Shown here in pieces: positions 31,080 to 41,705 of a stretch of DNA of 64,000 bases. The translations under genes were made by a program, and so were the position numbers. The DNA is from Naegleria gruberi (taxonomy: Eukaryota). Numbering within the stretch: position 1 is the first letter of the stretch; each line of letters starts with the position of its first letter. The notes beneath the pieces are model-generated. The model saw nothing but the letters and a program-made list of their open reading frames with translations, had not been told where the DNA came from and did no database searches. The DNA is taken from NCBI GenBank assembly GCA_000004985.1, contig GG738855.1; one strand, written 5' to 3'.

Positions 31080-34019
31080 ATGATATACAAGAACACAATT
31101 CAGCCAACCGTCGACATTAATTCAAAATGTTGGCAAGCCGTTTCCATCATCATTTTACTTCTTTTCACAATTTCACAACTTTTAACTAATCTTGCCGAAT
31201 GTTCTGATATTCTCCGCAGTAAATCAGTTTACACATTCGGTCAGAATAATGATAAACAAACTGGTAGAATGACATCTTCTGCAGCAGGTTATTCAATTTC
31301 GTATAACACACTGTTGGATAAAGTACTTTCGAATGGAAGTTTATCTTGGCAAATTGCCAATGAAGGACTTATTGGACTCGATCCGAATGTTTCCGTAAAA
31401 TTGAAAAAAATTGTCAAGGGATTTAGTGCCGTCTTCTTCCTAGTAGAATATTCGAATCTCAATACAAGTCAATCATTGGGAGAATACATCTATGCAATTG
31501 GTAGTAACCAGAATGGTCAAGCATCAATGCTCTATCCACCATTTCTAATATCAGAACCTACATTAATTTACATTTACACAAGTGTTGGAAAGAGTGAAAA
31601 TCCATTTCTTGGAAAGACTTCCATAAAACAAATGGAATGTGTTTATTCATGTTTGATTTTGACATCAGATGGAATTGTTTATAGACATGCAGGTGAGAAT
31701 TACAATCACTATGCAACTGGTCGATGGTATGATAATACATTTCTTCCACTTTCTTATCAAGATCCAGATACAATGCAAACTTTGAATAATGTGAAATATG
31801 AAATGGTAGCAGTGGGTGGTGGTTATGGATATGAAACGTTTTTTGCCTTGACAAATTATGGACATGTGTTTAGTTTTGGTGAATATACTTTTGGTTTGAG
31901 AGGAACATCGAGTTCAATTAGTAGAGATGTTCCAACTTTGATTCCTGGATTGAGAAATATTACATTTATTGCTGCAGGAATGTATACGGATGTAAATTCA
32001 TATCAGCCAACAGCTGGTGCCGTTACAGAAACTGGAATGTTATGGACATGGGGATCGAATGGTTTTGGTCAAATGGGTGTGAATAATGCAACATTGACAA
32101 GTAGTGAAACACCACAACAGGCAATCATTTCAAATGTTAAGAGTATTGTATTTGGATTTGGACATTTGTTAATTATTTTGAAGGATGGTCAAATGTATGG
32201 ATGTGGTGATGGTTCCATGAGTGAAATTACTGGAATACCAGGTTCAACTTATTTCATTCCAACATTAATCAACGTTCCACAAACACCTATTGACTGCTCT
32301 CTATCCTTGAGATATACAGCATGTATTATGAATGATGGTAAATTGTACACTTGGGGAGATAGTACTAAACTAGCTCACTCAGATTCAGCATACTACTTAC
32401 CAGCTGATGTTCCAAATAATGAAAACACAACCCACATTCAAATCCTTGCAGAGAATGCAGTTGCATACACCTCAGAGGGTCATTCAGTTGTTTGGGGATC
32501 ATCCAATTCTGATTCACTTGGAGCTCTAGGTGATGAGAAACAAGTGAGATATCCAACTAAATTGCCCACTCCTTCCTTCACTGCCAATGAAAACATTACA
32601 GTTTTGAGGGTGGTTTCCTCCAGTACATGTACTTACCTCCTATCACACCCAAATGAGAATGGATTGAAGAATACTTTGGAATATTGGGGACCTTGTAGTA
32701 ATGGATTGTCCTTTTCAGAGCCAAATTACAGTCCCTATCCAGCTCCAAGTACATTAACTGATTCGGGTGTTGTGGATGTGAGCTATAATATTGATTTTGC
32801 TATTGGATTGACCAGTGATGGATCAGTTTATGGTTGGGGACAGTCTTCTAACTCAAATATGGGACAACCTGATGCAACTTTAACAAGTGCAACATTGCTC
32901 TACACAGGAGATGTCCAATTAATATGTGCTGGATCGTCAACAAGCTTTATTCTCTTGAATAATGGAACATTGTTGGGCGTTGGATTGAATAGTTTGGGAG
33001 AGTTGGGATTAGGTCATACCTTATTGGTTAGCTCATACACTCCAGTGAATACTTCCTTCCTCTCCAGTGGTGAAACAATTGTCGACATGAAAACAGGTGA
33101 AAAAACAACCTACATATTAACAAGTATGGGAAATGTTTACGGAGCTGGATCAAATACTGATGGATATATTTCATCGAGTGGTGATTCAAATTTTGATCAT
33201 TTTGTACTTGTGAGCTCACCAGTGAAAATTAAGAAAATCTTTGTGGGATACTATAACAATCTTATGACCATCTCAACAAGTGGCGATGCTTACTATTTTT
33301 CTGGAGCCATGTATAAGATTTCATTTCCATCCAACGATTCATACATTATCGATTTGTTTGGCTATTCCAGATCTTACTATTTCATTACCAAGAGAGGAAG
33401 TGTCTATACCAGTGGAACCAATCAATACTATCAGATATCTTCACAGAATGGATTAGATGAAATTATGATTACCTCTCCAAAACTCTATGTCAGTAGAAAT
33501 GACTTGGATGGAATTCCATATACAGGAGCAGCTGGTGAAGGAAGAGCCATTCTCATTACCAGATATGAATATACATGTGGAGGAATCAACTCAACTGATG
33601 AAAATGTCTGTTCTTCAAAAGGACATTGTAAAAGTCCTGATGTGTGTGAATGTTTTGATGAGTATTCAGGATCCAATTGTGAAACGTTCTATTGTAATGG
33701 AATTGCAAAGAGTAATACTTCATTCGTTTGCTCTGGAAGAGGAACATGCAATGCTCCAAATCAGTGCACTTCATGTCAGAATTCTATTGGAAACTATTGT
33801 GAGATTAATCTCTGTTATGGAATTGCACAGAATGATACAATGAATGTTTGTTCTGGAAGAGGTCAATGTGTTGGATTTAACACCTGTCAATGCTCTCAGG
33901 GATTTTATGGAAATAATTGTCAATTTTTTTCATGTTTCGACTCACTTTCGAATTCAGTATTGAAACAAACAAGTATTGCAAATAGATTTTGTCAAAAAAT
34001 CAACAAGTATTTAAAATGA
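31080..34019 (+). CDS. secreted/membrane protein with an N-terminal signal-anchor, RCC1-like beta-propeller repeats and C-terminal Cys-rich EGF-like repeats
   Basis: N-terminal hydrophobic AVSIIILLLFTISQLLTNLA. Many ...GxNxxGQ(L/M)G... blades (YAIGSNQNGQ, TWGSNGFGQMGV, GWGQSSNSNMGQ, GLNSLGELGLG). C-terminal CSSKGHCKSPDVCECFDEYSGSNCE / CSGRGTCNAPNQCTSC / CSGRGQCVGFNTCQCSQGFYGNNC. Confidence 0.6.
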   Translation: MIYKNTIQPTVDINSKCWQAVSIIILLLFTISQLLTNLAECSDILRSKSVYTFGQNNDKQTGRMTSSAAGYSISYNTLLDKVLSNGSLSWQIANEGLIGLDPNVSVKLKKIVKGFSAVFFLVEYSNLNTSQSLGEYIYAIGSNQNGQASMLYPPFLISEPTLIYIYTSVGKSENPFLGKTSIKQMECVYSCLILTSDGIVYRHAGENYNHYATGRWYDNTFLPLSYQDPDTMQTLNNVKYEMVAVGGGYGYETFFALTNYGHVFSFGEYTFGLRGTSSSISRDVPTLIPGLRNITFIAAGMYTDVNSYQPTAGAVTETGMLWTWGSNGFGQMGVNNATLTSSETPQQAIISNVKSIVFGFGHLLIILKDGQMYGCGDGSMSEITGIPGSTYFIPTLINVPQTPIDCSLSLRYTACIMNDGKLYTWGDSTKLAHSDSAYYLPADVPNNENTTHIQILAENAVAYTSEGHSVVWGSSNSDSLGALGDEKQVRYPTKLPTPSFTANENITVLRVVSSSTCTYLLSHPNENGLKNTLEYWGPCSNGLSFSEPNYSPYPAPSTLTDSGVVDVSYNIDFAIGLTSDGSVYGWGQSSNSNMGQPDATLTSATLLYTGDVQLICAGSSTSFILLNNGTLLGVGLNSLGELGLGHTLLVSSYTPVNTSFLSSGETIVDMKTGEKTTYILTSMGNVYGAGSNTDGYISSSGDSNFDHFVLVSSPVKIKKIFVGYYNNLMTISTSGDAYYFSGAMYKISFPSNDSYIIDLFGYSRSYYFITKRGSVYTSGTNQYYQISSQNGLDEIMITSPKLYVSRNDLDGIPYTGAAGEGRAILITRYEYTCGGINSTDENVCSSKGHCKSPDVCECFDEYSGSNCETFYCNGIAKSNTSFVCSGRGTCNAPNQCTSCQNSIGNYCEINLCYGIAQNDTMNVCSGRGQCVGFNTCQCSQGFYGNNCQFFSCFDSLSNSVLKQTSIANRFCQKINKYLK

Positions 34020-34032
34020 TAATATTTTTAAT

Positions 34033-34620
34033 TTATTCAGAAAGTAATTTTACAATATCTTGTTCAATTTCGGAAGGTTCTGTATTTGGAGAATATCTTT
34101 TTAGTACTTTTCCTGTTTTGGAAACTAAAAATTTAGTGAAATTCCATTTAATTGCTTTGAATAGTTTGCCTTCTCCTTCCTTTTTAAGATATTTATAGAG
34201 AGGAATAGTTTCACTGCCATTGACATGTGTTTTGGCGAATATTTTGAAAGAAACTTTAAATTTGTTTCTTGCGAATGCACAAATTTCATCATTCGATCCT
34301 CTTTCCTACACAGAATATATTAATAGATTAATTTAATTAGTAGAATAAAAATAATAAAAATTATTAGAAACTTATTCGAAATTCAAATTCTATTAGAAAC
34401 TTACTTGGAAAGCAAACTGATTACAAGGGAATGCAATAATTTCAAATCCTTGATCTTTATACTTATCATATAAAGCTTGCAAACCTTCATACTGCGGAGT
34501 CAACCCACAACTACTTGCGACATTCACTACCATCACAACTTTTCCCTTGTAATCGGAGAGGGAAACTTCATTACCTTGAGCATCAGGAACGGTGAAACTG
34601 TAAAATTCGGATTCTGTCAT
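34033..34620 (-). CDS. glutathione peroxidase, two exons (34620..34405, 34305..34033)
   Basis: [45 protein letters not shown] carries the GPx active-site region (Cys at the SeCys position; FPCNQF). GTAAGT donor at 34404, acceptor tgtgtag at 34306. Exon 2 has [13 protein letters not shown]...[15 protein letters not shown], the GPx WNF motif. Confidence 0.8.
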
Positions 34621-35110
34621 TAGAATGTACTCTATGTTTGATATTTTTTTATAATTGAGTTTAGTTAAGTTTCGTTAATTGAATATTTAGTGTCGTGTGT
34701 TAATTTGGTCAACTGACTTTCGCAGTATGCGGTCGTACTTGGAGGTAGTCCTTGTACCAACTATCAACTTTGGTAAGTCATTTAGGATAGTGGTGGACGT
34801 ACTTGTTAGAAACTATTCGAGAAATAGTTTAAAAATTCACCTTAATTAAACACCACATAGTTTTTAAGTCAAAAACCTAAAACATTGTTCAGTTGACCAA
34901 AATGAATTTTAAGTTTAATTTTTCAATCTGTGAATGGACTTGAAAAGCTCATGTGACTTTCAAAATCTATTTTTATTCTTCAAATTCTGAGATGAAACTG
35001 TTTCACACAATAAAATCCATCAAAATTTCAATGATTTCCAAATGAAAAAACAAAAAAACCAAACAATCAGATCTATTGATCGCTAATCTATTGCTAACTG
35101 TGTAAAAATC

Positions 35111-35737
35111 ATGACTGTCAAAACTCTCACTGTAAATAATACTGCCACCAATCAAACTAAATCTTTCCTTTCTAAGAACGATCAAATTGCTGAAGAAGAA
35201 ACAATTTGGCTTAAGAAGAAGGAACGCTTTCTAACTTGTAAAGAAGCAATTAATAGAATCATGTGGGATTCTGATTTAAATGATGCTTACCTTCACTTGT
35301 CAATGATTTACAAAGACAGATTTGAAGGTGACACTTTTATTTCATATGAAGAATTCTTAAATAGTGATTTGGCTGAAGAACTTCCACAACATCGAATCCA
35401 ACAATTGATTTATAGAGATGAATATGTATTTTGGGATAAAAATAACAGAATTGACTTGTTGTCAAATGGTCAATTGGGAGAATTGATTTCCAAATTCAAA
35501 AAGAAAGATCAAGAAAGATTTGCTAGAGAACAAGCTGAATTTACAACTGTTTTACAACCAATTCCTAAAGTTTCCAACTCTAATTCTTCACAAAAGAAGA
35601 ATAAGAAAAATAAGAAAATTATGAAGGAATTTGTAAGAAATCAAGAAACATGTAAACAAACAACTTCATCTGATGATGAATATGAACAATATATGGAAGA
35701 ATATGATGAACAATATTCAATCTATTCAAAATATTAA
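35111..35737 (+). CDS. conserved hypothetical protein with a Lys-rich C-terminus
   Basis: ATG at 35111, 208 aa. RIMWDSDLN...YKDRFEGDTFISYEEF...IQQLIYRDEYVFWDK looks like a small conserved domain. Family not assigned. Confidence 0.4.
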   Translation: MTVKTLTVNNTATNQTKSFLSKNDQIAEEETIWLKKKERFLTCKEAINRIMWDSDLNDAYLHLSMIYKDRFEGDTFISYEEFLNSDLAEELPQHRIQQLIYRDEYVFWDKNNRIDLLSNGQLGELISKFKKKDQERFAREQAEFTTVLQPIPKVSNSNSSQKKNKKNKKIMKEFVRNQETCKQTTSSDDEYEQYMEEYDEQYSIYSKY

Positions 35738-35796
35738 ATAAAACTATTCAGAACTTTATTTACACAATAAATTACAAAATTGAAATGTATGATTGA

Positions 35797-36726
35797 CTAT
35801 TTAAATTGATCTGCATGATCAACAAAGAATTGCAATGCAGAACGAGGATTCTTACCAGTTACAATCTTGAAATCTCCACAAATATTTGCAGTAATTCCCT
35901 CAATCTTATACATTTGATATAATTTAACTAACATCCAAATGACAAATGATGGAACTTGCTTAAAGTTTTCTGCGAATTGATCTTCACTAATTGGAACATG
36001 TTTAACTTCCTTACCAATGGCTTGTGTTAAAACTTGTGCCAATTGATCGTAGGTGAATGTATCTGGTCCAGTAATATTGTACGATTGACCTGCATGTTTT
36101 TCTGGATTTTCTGTCAAGACAACTGCACTCAAATCACCAATATCTCTAACATCTACATGACTAATATGATAACCATCCCCTAAATCATGTTTAACTCTAT
36201 AGAAACAACCTTGAGATTTGATTGTTTGTAAATCTTGTGTGAGGAAATTTTGTAAAAACAAATTAGGTCTCAAAATTGTCAATTTCACTTTCGAATGTTC
36301 GACCAATCTCTGAACTGCTCTCTCAGAATCATTGTGCCATCTCATCAAACAATTGATATCTCTTTCTGGACTATTTCCCAATGCTGAAACTCTTACAATT
36401 TGTTGTAAATGTTTACAATATTTAACAGCAAGATTTACAAATCCGTGTTCACTTCTAGCTTGAAATGGTGATGAAATGGTCAATAAAAACATTCTCTCCA
36501 CATTCTCATATAATTCATCAATATTAACAGTTTCCAAATCATTCAAATCTCCTTCCACTATTTTTCCCTCCAAATTTTCGTATAATTTCAAAACTTCACT
36601 TGCCTTGTCTTTGTTTCTTGTTAGGAGTTTGACTGAAATCTTGGAAGAGGGAGATGCCTTTTCATTCAATGCACGGAGAACTTCCTTACCAACTGTTCCT
36701 GTTGAACCAACGATGAGTATTGACAT
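35797..36726 (-). CDS. NmrA-like NAD(P)-binding protein (atypical SDR)
   Basis: MSILIVGSTGTVGKEVLRAL is a Rossmann GxxGxxG in NmrA/isoflavone-reductase style; ~309 aa. Confidence 0.7.
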   Translation of the reverse strand: MSILIVGSTGTVGKEVLRALNEKASPSSKISVKLLTRNKDKASEVLKLYENLEGKIVEGDLNDLETVNIDELYENVERMFLLTISSPFQARSEHGFVNLAVKYCKHLQQIVRVSALGNSPERDINCLMRWHNDSERAVQRLVEHSKVKLTILRPNLFLQNFLTQDLQTIKSQGCFYRVKHDLGDGYHISHVDVRDIGDLSAVVLTENPEKHAGQSYNITGPDTFTYDQLAQVLTQAIGKEVKHVPISEDQFAENFKQVPSFVIWMLVKLYQMYKIEGITANICGDFKIVTGKNPRSALQFFVDHADQFK

Positions 36727-37163
36727 TTTATAAAATAATTCAATGATCTGTGTTGTTTTCGTTGTTGCTTTTTTTGTGTCTTGATCAAATTATAACAACA
36801 CCAATGAGCAATGTGGAACCAATATTTGATTAAAATATGAACTTGGCTGAGTGAGGTGGTTGTTGGGATCTATAAAAGAGTCCGAGTTGTGTCGACACAA
36901 CTGGAAATTGTTTAAATTTGGTAAATTAAAAATGTTTATTATCCATATCTCTCCATTTGAGCCTCATCTCTTGCATGATTTATTGAAATAATTTACAATA
37001 TTTCTGAATGTAATAGTATTAGTAATTTTATTATTCACATTATTTTGACCTAGATTGTTGCTGTTGATGATGTTGATGATGCTGATGATTGGTTTTTAAA
37101 GAGTTTGCTGTGTGTGTGGGAGGATTTTCACACACTCAATAATCTATATTGTATGTACACACA

Positions 37164-38294
37164 TTAAATTTTCTGATAATTTGGATTCAATGGATGGAAA
37201 TTATTGTAATCGAAATGATAATTTTTCAATTCACTTGGGAAGAATGGATTTTGAGATTCAACACTTCCAGCCAATTGTTCAACATCTGAGAAATTTCTCT
37301 TGAACATTGCAACAGGAGTTGAAGGAGTGGTTGAATTTCTTTGAGTATTTCTGATAAAATCCATGAGATAGGCACTCTTTCTATTATCGGTAATGAATTT
37401 GATGGATGGAATGCATTCTTCTTGGAATATATCTAAAATTCTCTTCTTTGAAGATTGAATTGAAATGATTGGAAGATTATCTTGCTGTGTTGTGGATGTG
37501 GAAACATTTGGATGATTATTCGAAACATGTGAAGAACCATTCTTCTTTTTAAAGAATCCTAATACCTGACTTTTAGTCAATTCACTCTTATTTCTCTTTA
37601 AAATATAACTTCCATCATTGTAATCTTCTTCTGTTTGATTTAATTTATGATTTTTTTCATTTTCCTCTTCATCCATCATTTCCATTTCGTCTCGTTTCTC
37701 TTCTGTCATTTCTTCTTCAATAGATTCTTCATAAATTGGATATTTCAAAGGTCCAAAAGTTAATTCCATTTGAATTTCATACTTCTTCATATTCAAATTT
37801 TCATTCTGAATCAAATCAATTAATTCTGCTTTACATTTCTCTCTCAATTTAATAATTCTCTGTTCATGTTTCTTTTTTATAATTTTTGGCCACAATTTGT
37901 AAATCATTAGAGAAATTCCAAAAGTTGGAACCAATGAAACAATTGCTAAAATTAGTAATATCTTTTTTCTGTTCATTTCTTTTAATTTATCGGAATTTGT
38001 TAATTGTTTATCATCTAAATCTCTGTCGGATGTTGAATGGACATGACTTGTTGTTGGAGAATTGATTGGTGACATTAAAATTGCTTCCTTGTCAATTAAT
38101 TCTTGATAATTCATGAGTATTGTATTGGCCTTCTTTAGTATTCTATTAAAATCATCTTGTTCTAATTGAAAACTTTTAAATTGTGGGAAATAACGTGAAG
38201 GAACAAAACATCCACAAGTTTGAAATGATGTTTCGGTTTGATGTTTGGCAGCCGTGGCAGTTGGCACGAATTGCACAGTATGGAAGTTGTGCAT
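37164..38294 (-). CDS. hypothetical single-pass membrane protein
   Basis: ATG at 38294. One hydrophobic helix (ILLILAIVSLVPTFGISLMIY), followed by an acidic region. Confidence 0.35.
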   Translation of the reverse strand: MHNFHTVQFVPTATAAKHQTETSFQTCGCFVPSRYFPQFKSFQLEQDDFNRILKKANTILMNYQELIDKEAILMSPINSPTTSHVHSTSDRDLDDKQLTNSDKLKEMNRKKILLILAIVSLVPTFGISLMIYKLWPKIIKKKHEQRIIKLREKCKAELIDLIQNENLNMKKYEIQMELTFGPLKYPIYEESIEEEMTEEKRDEMEMMDEEENEKNHKLNQTEEDYNDGSYILKRNKSELTKSQVLGFFKKKNGSSHVSNNHPNVSTSTTQQDNLPIISIQSSKKRILDIFQEECIPSIKFITDNRKSAYLMDFIRNTQRNSTTPSTPVAMFKRNFSDVEQLAGSVESQNPFFPSELKNYHFDYNNFHPLNPNYQKI

Positions 38295-38749
38295 GGTAGA
38301 GAGAGGAAGGTGGGTGCTTGTGAGGCAATTTTTTTGGTGATTTTAAAGGGAATTTGCGTTTGCCGTTGAAGTTTTTATTTTTACTTGACAAGAGACATGC
38401 ACAAGTGGAAGGAAAATGTGGACGATTCGATTGCATTTTCATGAAGATGGATAATGAAAGTTATCCATTAGATCAAAGTTATTGCGAAGATGATTATTTT
38501 TCATTCTTACTGTCTGTGCATGTACTGAAACTAATGAGGTTTGTTGATTGGTGAGAATCATGAAGAATCTTGGACGATTCGAAACTCAAAATTCCTTGTT
38601 GATATAGAAGAAGTATTTCCTTAATAATTTGCAATTAATTGATTTGCTCAATCAGATGAATAAGTTGCTTTTTTAATGTTTTGAATAAGTTCACATGTGG
38701 AAATCTCTCGTTTATTCTCTTCTCAAAAAATCTTTTGAAAACGAAAAAT

Positions 38750-39622
38750 TCAAAATTTAAATTTGTAATAATAATCATTGGAATCTTCCTTTTCCACAAA
38801 TACAAATCCCTTCGATCCAATATTTAATTCTGGTTTCTCCTCTTCTTGATGAATGATAGTGGTCAGGTTTTGTTCAATCTCTTCATTTCGAATAGAATTT
38901 TTTTGATTGTCCGCTTGTTTGGAATTACAATTAGATGAGAAAGGAATTGGAGGGAGAGGCTTTCTTATTGGTGGATTGACCACATTGTCTGATGATTTCT
39001 TTTCAATGGCTACCACTGGATCCAAGTCAATTAGTTGTGTTGACAATTTTAGTGAATTTCCATCAGAGAGAGATTTTCCAAAAAGTCCGACCATTGAGGA
39101 AACTGAAGTAATCTTCAATGGAGAATTACTAATCAAGTCCTCACTCGATAAATTATTGAAAAATTTAAAATATTCTAAGAAATGCAATGTTAATTTTTCA
39201 AAATTTAAACAATCCTTATACGAATCCAATTTAAACTGTGAATATTCATAATGAGATTTCATTTCTAGAGTGGAATGAGCCAATTGCCACACCAATTCAC
39301 ATTCCTTCTCAATATTGACACTTGCATTATCTGGATTCTTGATGTGTTTTGGAAAATAATGATGCATGATACATATGAGTAATAGTCCACTCTTGATGCA
39401 GAAGGAATCTTGTTTGTACAATAGAGAAAGTAAATGTTGAATTTCTAACAGTTGGTGATGAGGAGTTGAGAAGGAAATATCGGAAACTTGTTCTTGCTGA
39501 AGAATTTTCAATTGATGAGTGGGTGTGCAATTTTCACGAATGTAGAGAAGATGAGAGACACTGGAAAAGTGAGTGCATATTTGAGTGATCCATTCGGTAA
39601 ACAATGTGATGAGAGTTGTCAT
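38750..39622 (-). CDS. hypothetical protein
   Basis: ATG at 39622, 290 aa. No recognisable domain. Confidence 0.3.
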   Translation of the reverse strand: MTTLITLFTEWITQICTHFSSVSHLLYIRENCTPTHQLKILQQEQVSDISFSTPHHQLLEIQHLLSLLYKQDSFCIKSGLLLICIMHHYFPKHIKNPDNASVNIEKECELVWQLAHSTLEMKSHYEYSQFKLDSYKDCLNFEKLTLHFLEYFKFFNNLSSEDLISNSPLKITSVSSMVGLFGKSLSDGNSLKLSTQLIDLDPVVAIEKKSSDNVVNPPIRKPLPPIPFSSNCNSKQADNQKNSIRNEEIEQNLTTIIHQEEEKPELNIGSKGFVFVEKEDSNDYYYKFKF

Positions 39623-39802
39623 GTAGTTCAGTTGGGTTGAATTTTTTTTTGTGATTGGTTTCTGTCTTGGATGTTTGACAATCGGATGTGGAATGACTCC
39701 ATTTAAGAGTATTGCTAATTGTTGGCATGTTAAAATGATAATTGAATAAATAAAGAAAATATTATTTTAAATTTGTAAAATGTTATTCGTACAATTAAAT
39801 AA

Positions 39803-41413
39803 TTATTGCCTAATCTCATATCCACCACTTGTTGTGATATATCTGACCCATGGTAAGGCATTGTAACCAGACTTGTCCATAATTTTCAGATAACGAACTT
39901 GAAGACCAGAAACAGTAAAGTATGGAATCTCAAAAGTGATACGGATTGGACGCTTACGTGATTCGACAAAGCTCTTTCTTGTTTTTGAACTATTGGATGA
40001 GGAGTCTTCGTCTTGGTTTTGATCCTTGTGGAGAGCTTCAGCAAAACGAGTTGATGTAGATCCAGCTGGTTCCAAATCTTCATTGGAAACAGTTGGCAGA
40101 CCAACTTCTGCATGGAAAGTAAATTCCTTTCCACCTGGGAATTGTTTGATATTCCAACAAATACAATCCTCTTCAGGTACATATTCGCCATTACCAATCA
40201 TACTACTAAATGTTGGAGAATCAGCATCTTTTGGTACAGGTATAAAGATTTTTACATTATTGGCTGCTGATTTCTTCTTAAATTGAGCTTTGGCTTTGAT
40301 ATTATATTCTACACGAGTCAATCCATGCATAGTGGCATGACATTCAATTAAAAATAGTGGCTTGATTCTAGTTGATAATCTATAACTCATTAATACAAAT
40401 TCTCCATCAGGAGGAACGAATGAAATTATTCTATCAGTTTCGAATTTGTTCAAACGAACACATTGGTGGAACTTTACATCTTCTAAATCTACAGAGTGAC
40501 CTTTCTTGTTGGCCTTTCCAAAATTTTCAAATAAAACCTTATCATTGAGACCCAATTTCAACTCAGGCATACCAGTCAAAAAAACTCTCATATTTAAATT
40601 ACCTTCAATTTGTGATCTTAATGTTGTACCTGTGTTTGAAACGAGAAGACTCACACTCTCAACAACATCAAGGAAACATTCATTCTTCTTATAGACAATA
40701 CCTTCCTTACGCCAGGAAATTGTTTGTGTGAAATTTCTTGGAATTGTAAGTTTTGATGAATTTTCTTCAACATCATTATTACCTTTGGTAATACTTCCTA
40801 AATTTGATGTTAATTGTTTTGTAAGAATTGAAAAACCTGTTTGTAAACCTGCTGTGAATTGTTGAAGATTGATGCCTTGTCCTCCATTTCCATTGTCGGC
40901 AGAAATTCCCATCAATTCGGTCCAAAATTTCAAGTTATCAAGTTGTTGTAATTTGTGAGATTCATTCTTGATGAATTCTTGAAGGATCTTTGGTTCCGTT
41001 GATTGTGGATAGCCAAAATCCATCATTTCATCAAGTAATTCATAAACAACAACAAAGTTGTCTTTTATACTTTCTTCTTCAACTTCTTTAAAGTAGTCTT
41101 CAAATACCTTGTATGATTCATAGAGGAAACAGATCATTTCCATGGCATTACAATTTGATGCTGCAACCAGCACGACTATCCTATGTTAATCCTCATAGTA
41201 CTAAATGTACTTACAGTACAAATCCTTCTTTTGAATAAAACAAAATGAATATCCATCCTCCTCAAAAACAGGTGTAATATTCTCATCCTCTTCCTTGATT
41301 ACTCTTCGAACAAATTTTTCTATAATGTTTCTAGGTAAATTACCCCTAAAATCACGATGAATAATATTCTTTCCTTTCAAATCAAGGATAAAGTAGGCGC
41401 TTGGACCTGACAT
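39803..41413 (-). CDS. AP2M1: AP-2 adaptor complex mu subunit, exons 41413..41215 and 41175..39803, with a lineage-specific insert
   Basis: Exon 1 MSGPSAYFILDLKGKNIIHRDFRG...YSFCFIQKKDLY, then GTAAGT donor at 41214 and acceptor gatag at 41176. Exon 2 has NFVVVYELLDEMMDFGYPQ, ISWRKEGIVYKKNECFLDVVESV, FHQCVRLNKFETDRIISFVPPDGEF and the C-terminus PWVRYITTSGGYEIRQ. These match AP2M1 ([46 protein letters not shown]). Confidence 0.85.
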
Positions 41414-41665
41414 TTTTTTATGTGATTGCTATTAAAAAATAATTGAATTAACGTTGCTGATGATGTAATTACGTCATTTGATTATTATTTTGATTTTTAC
41501 AGTTTTAAAAATTATTATCATCAATTGCCGTTTTTTTAATGAGCAAAGATGAATAGTATCCACTAGTGTGGAAGAGCATTTGATCACCTTGTTGCACTCA
41601 GGAACAGAATGGATGATTATTTAATATTTGATTCAAGCCAATCGGATCAAGAAAACCGTATTGTG

Positions 41666-41676
41666 TTTTTCGCGCC
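41666..41676. promoter_or_regulatory. E2F-like site TTTTTCGCGCC 30 bp upstream of the ATG at 41706 (divergent promoter shared with AP-2 mu)
   Basis: gtgtTTTTCGCGCCtttttt. TTTCGCGC is the canonical E2F octamer. Confidence 0.35.
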
Positions 41677-41705
41677 TTTTTTAAAAACAAAAACAGCTTG
41701 AAAAA

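Noticed and set aside
41414-41480. CRE-like TGACGTAA palindrome (gatgtaattacgtcat) upstream of AP-2 mu
   Set aside because: Single occurrence, expected by chance in AT-rich DNA; not recurrent like the E2F-type motif.
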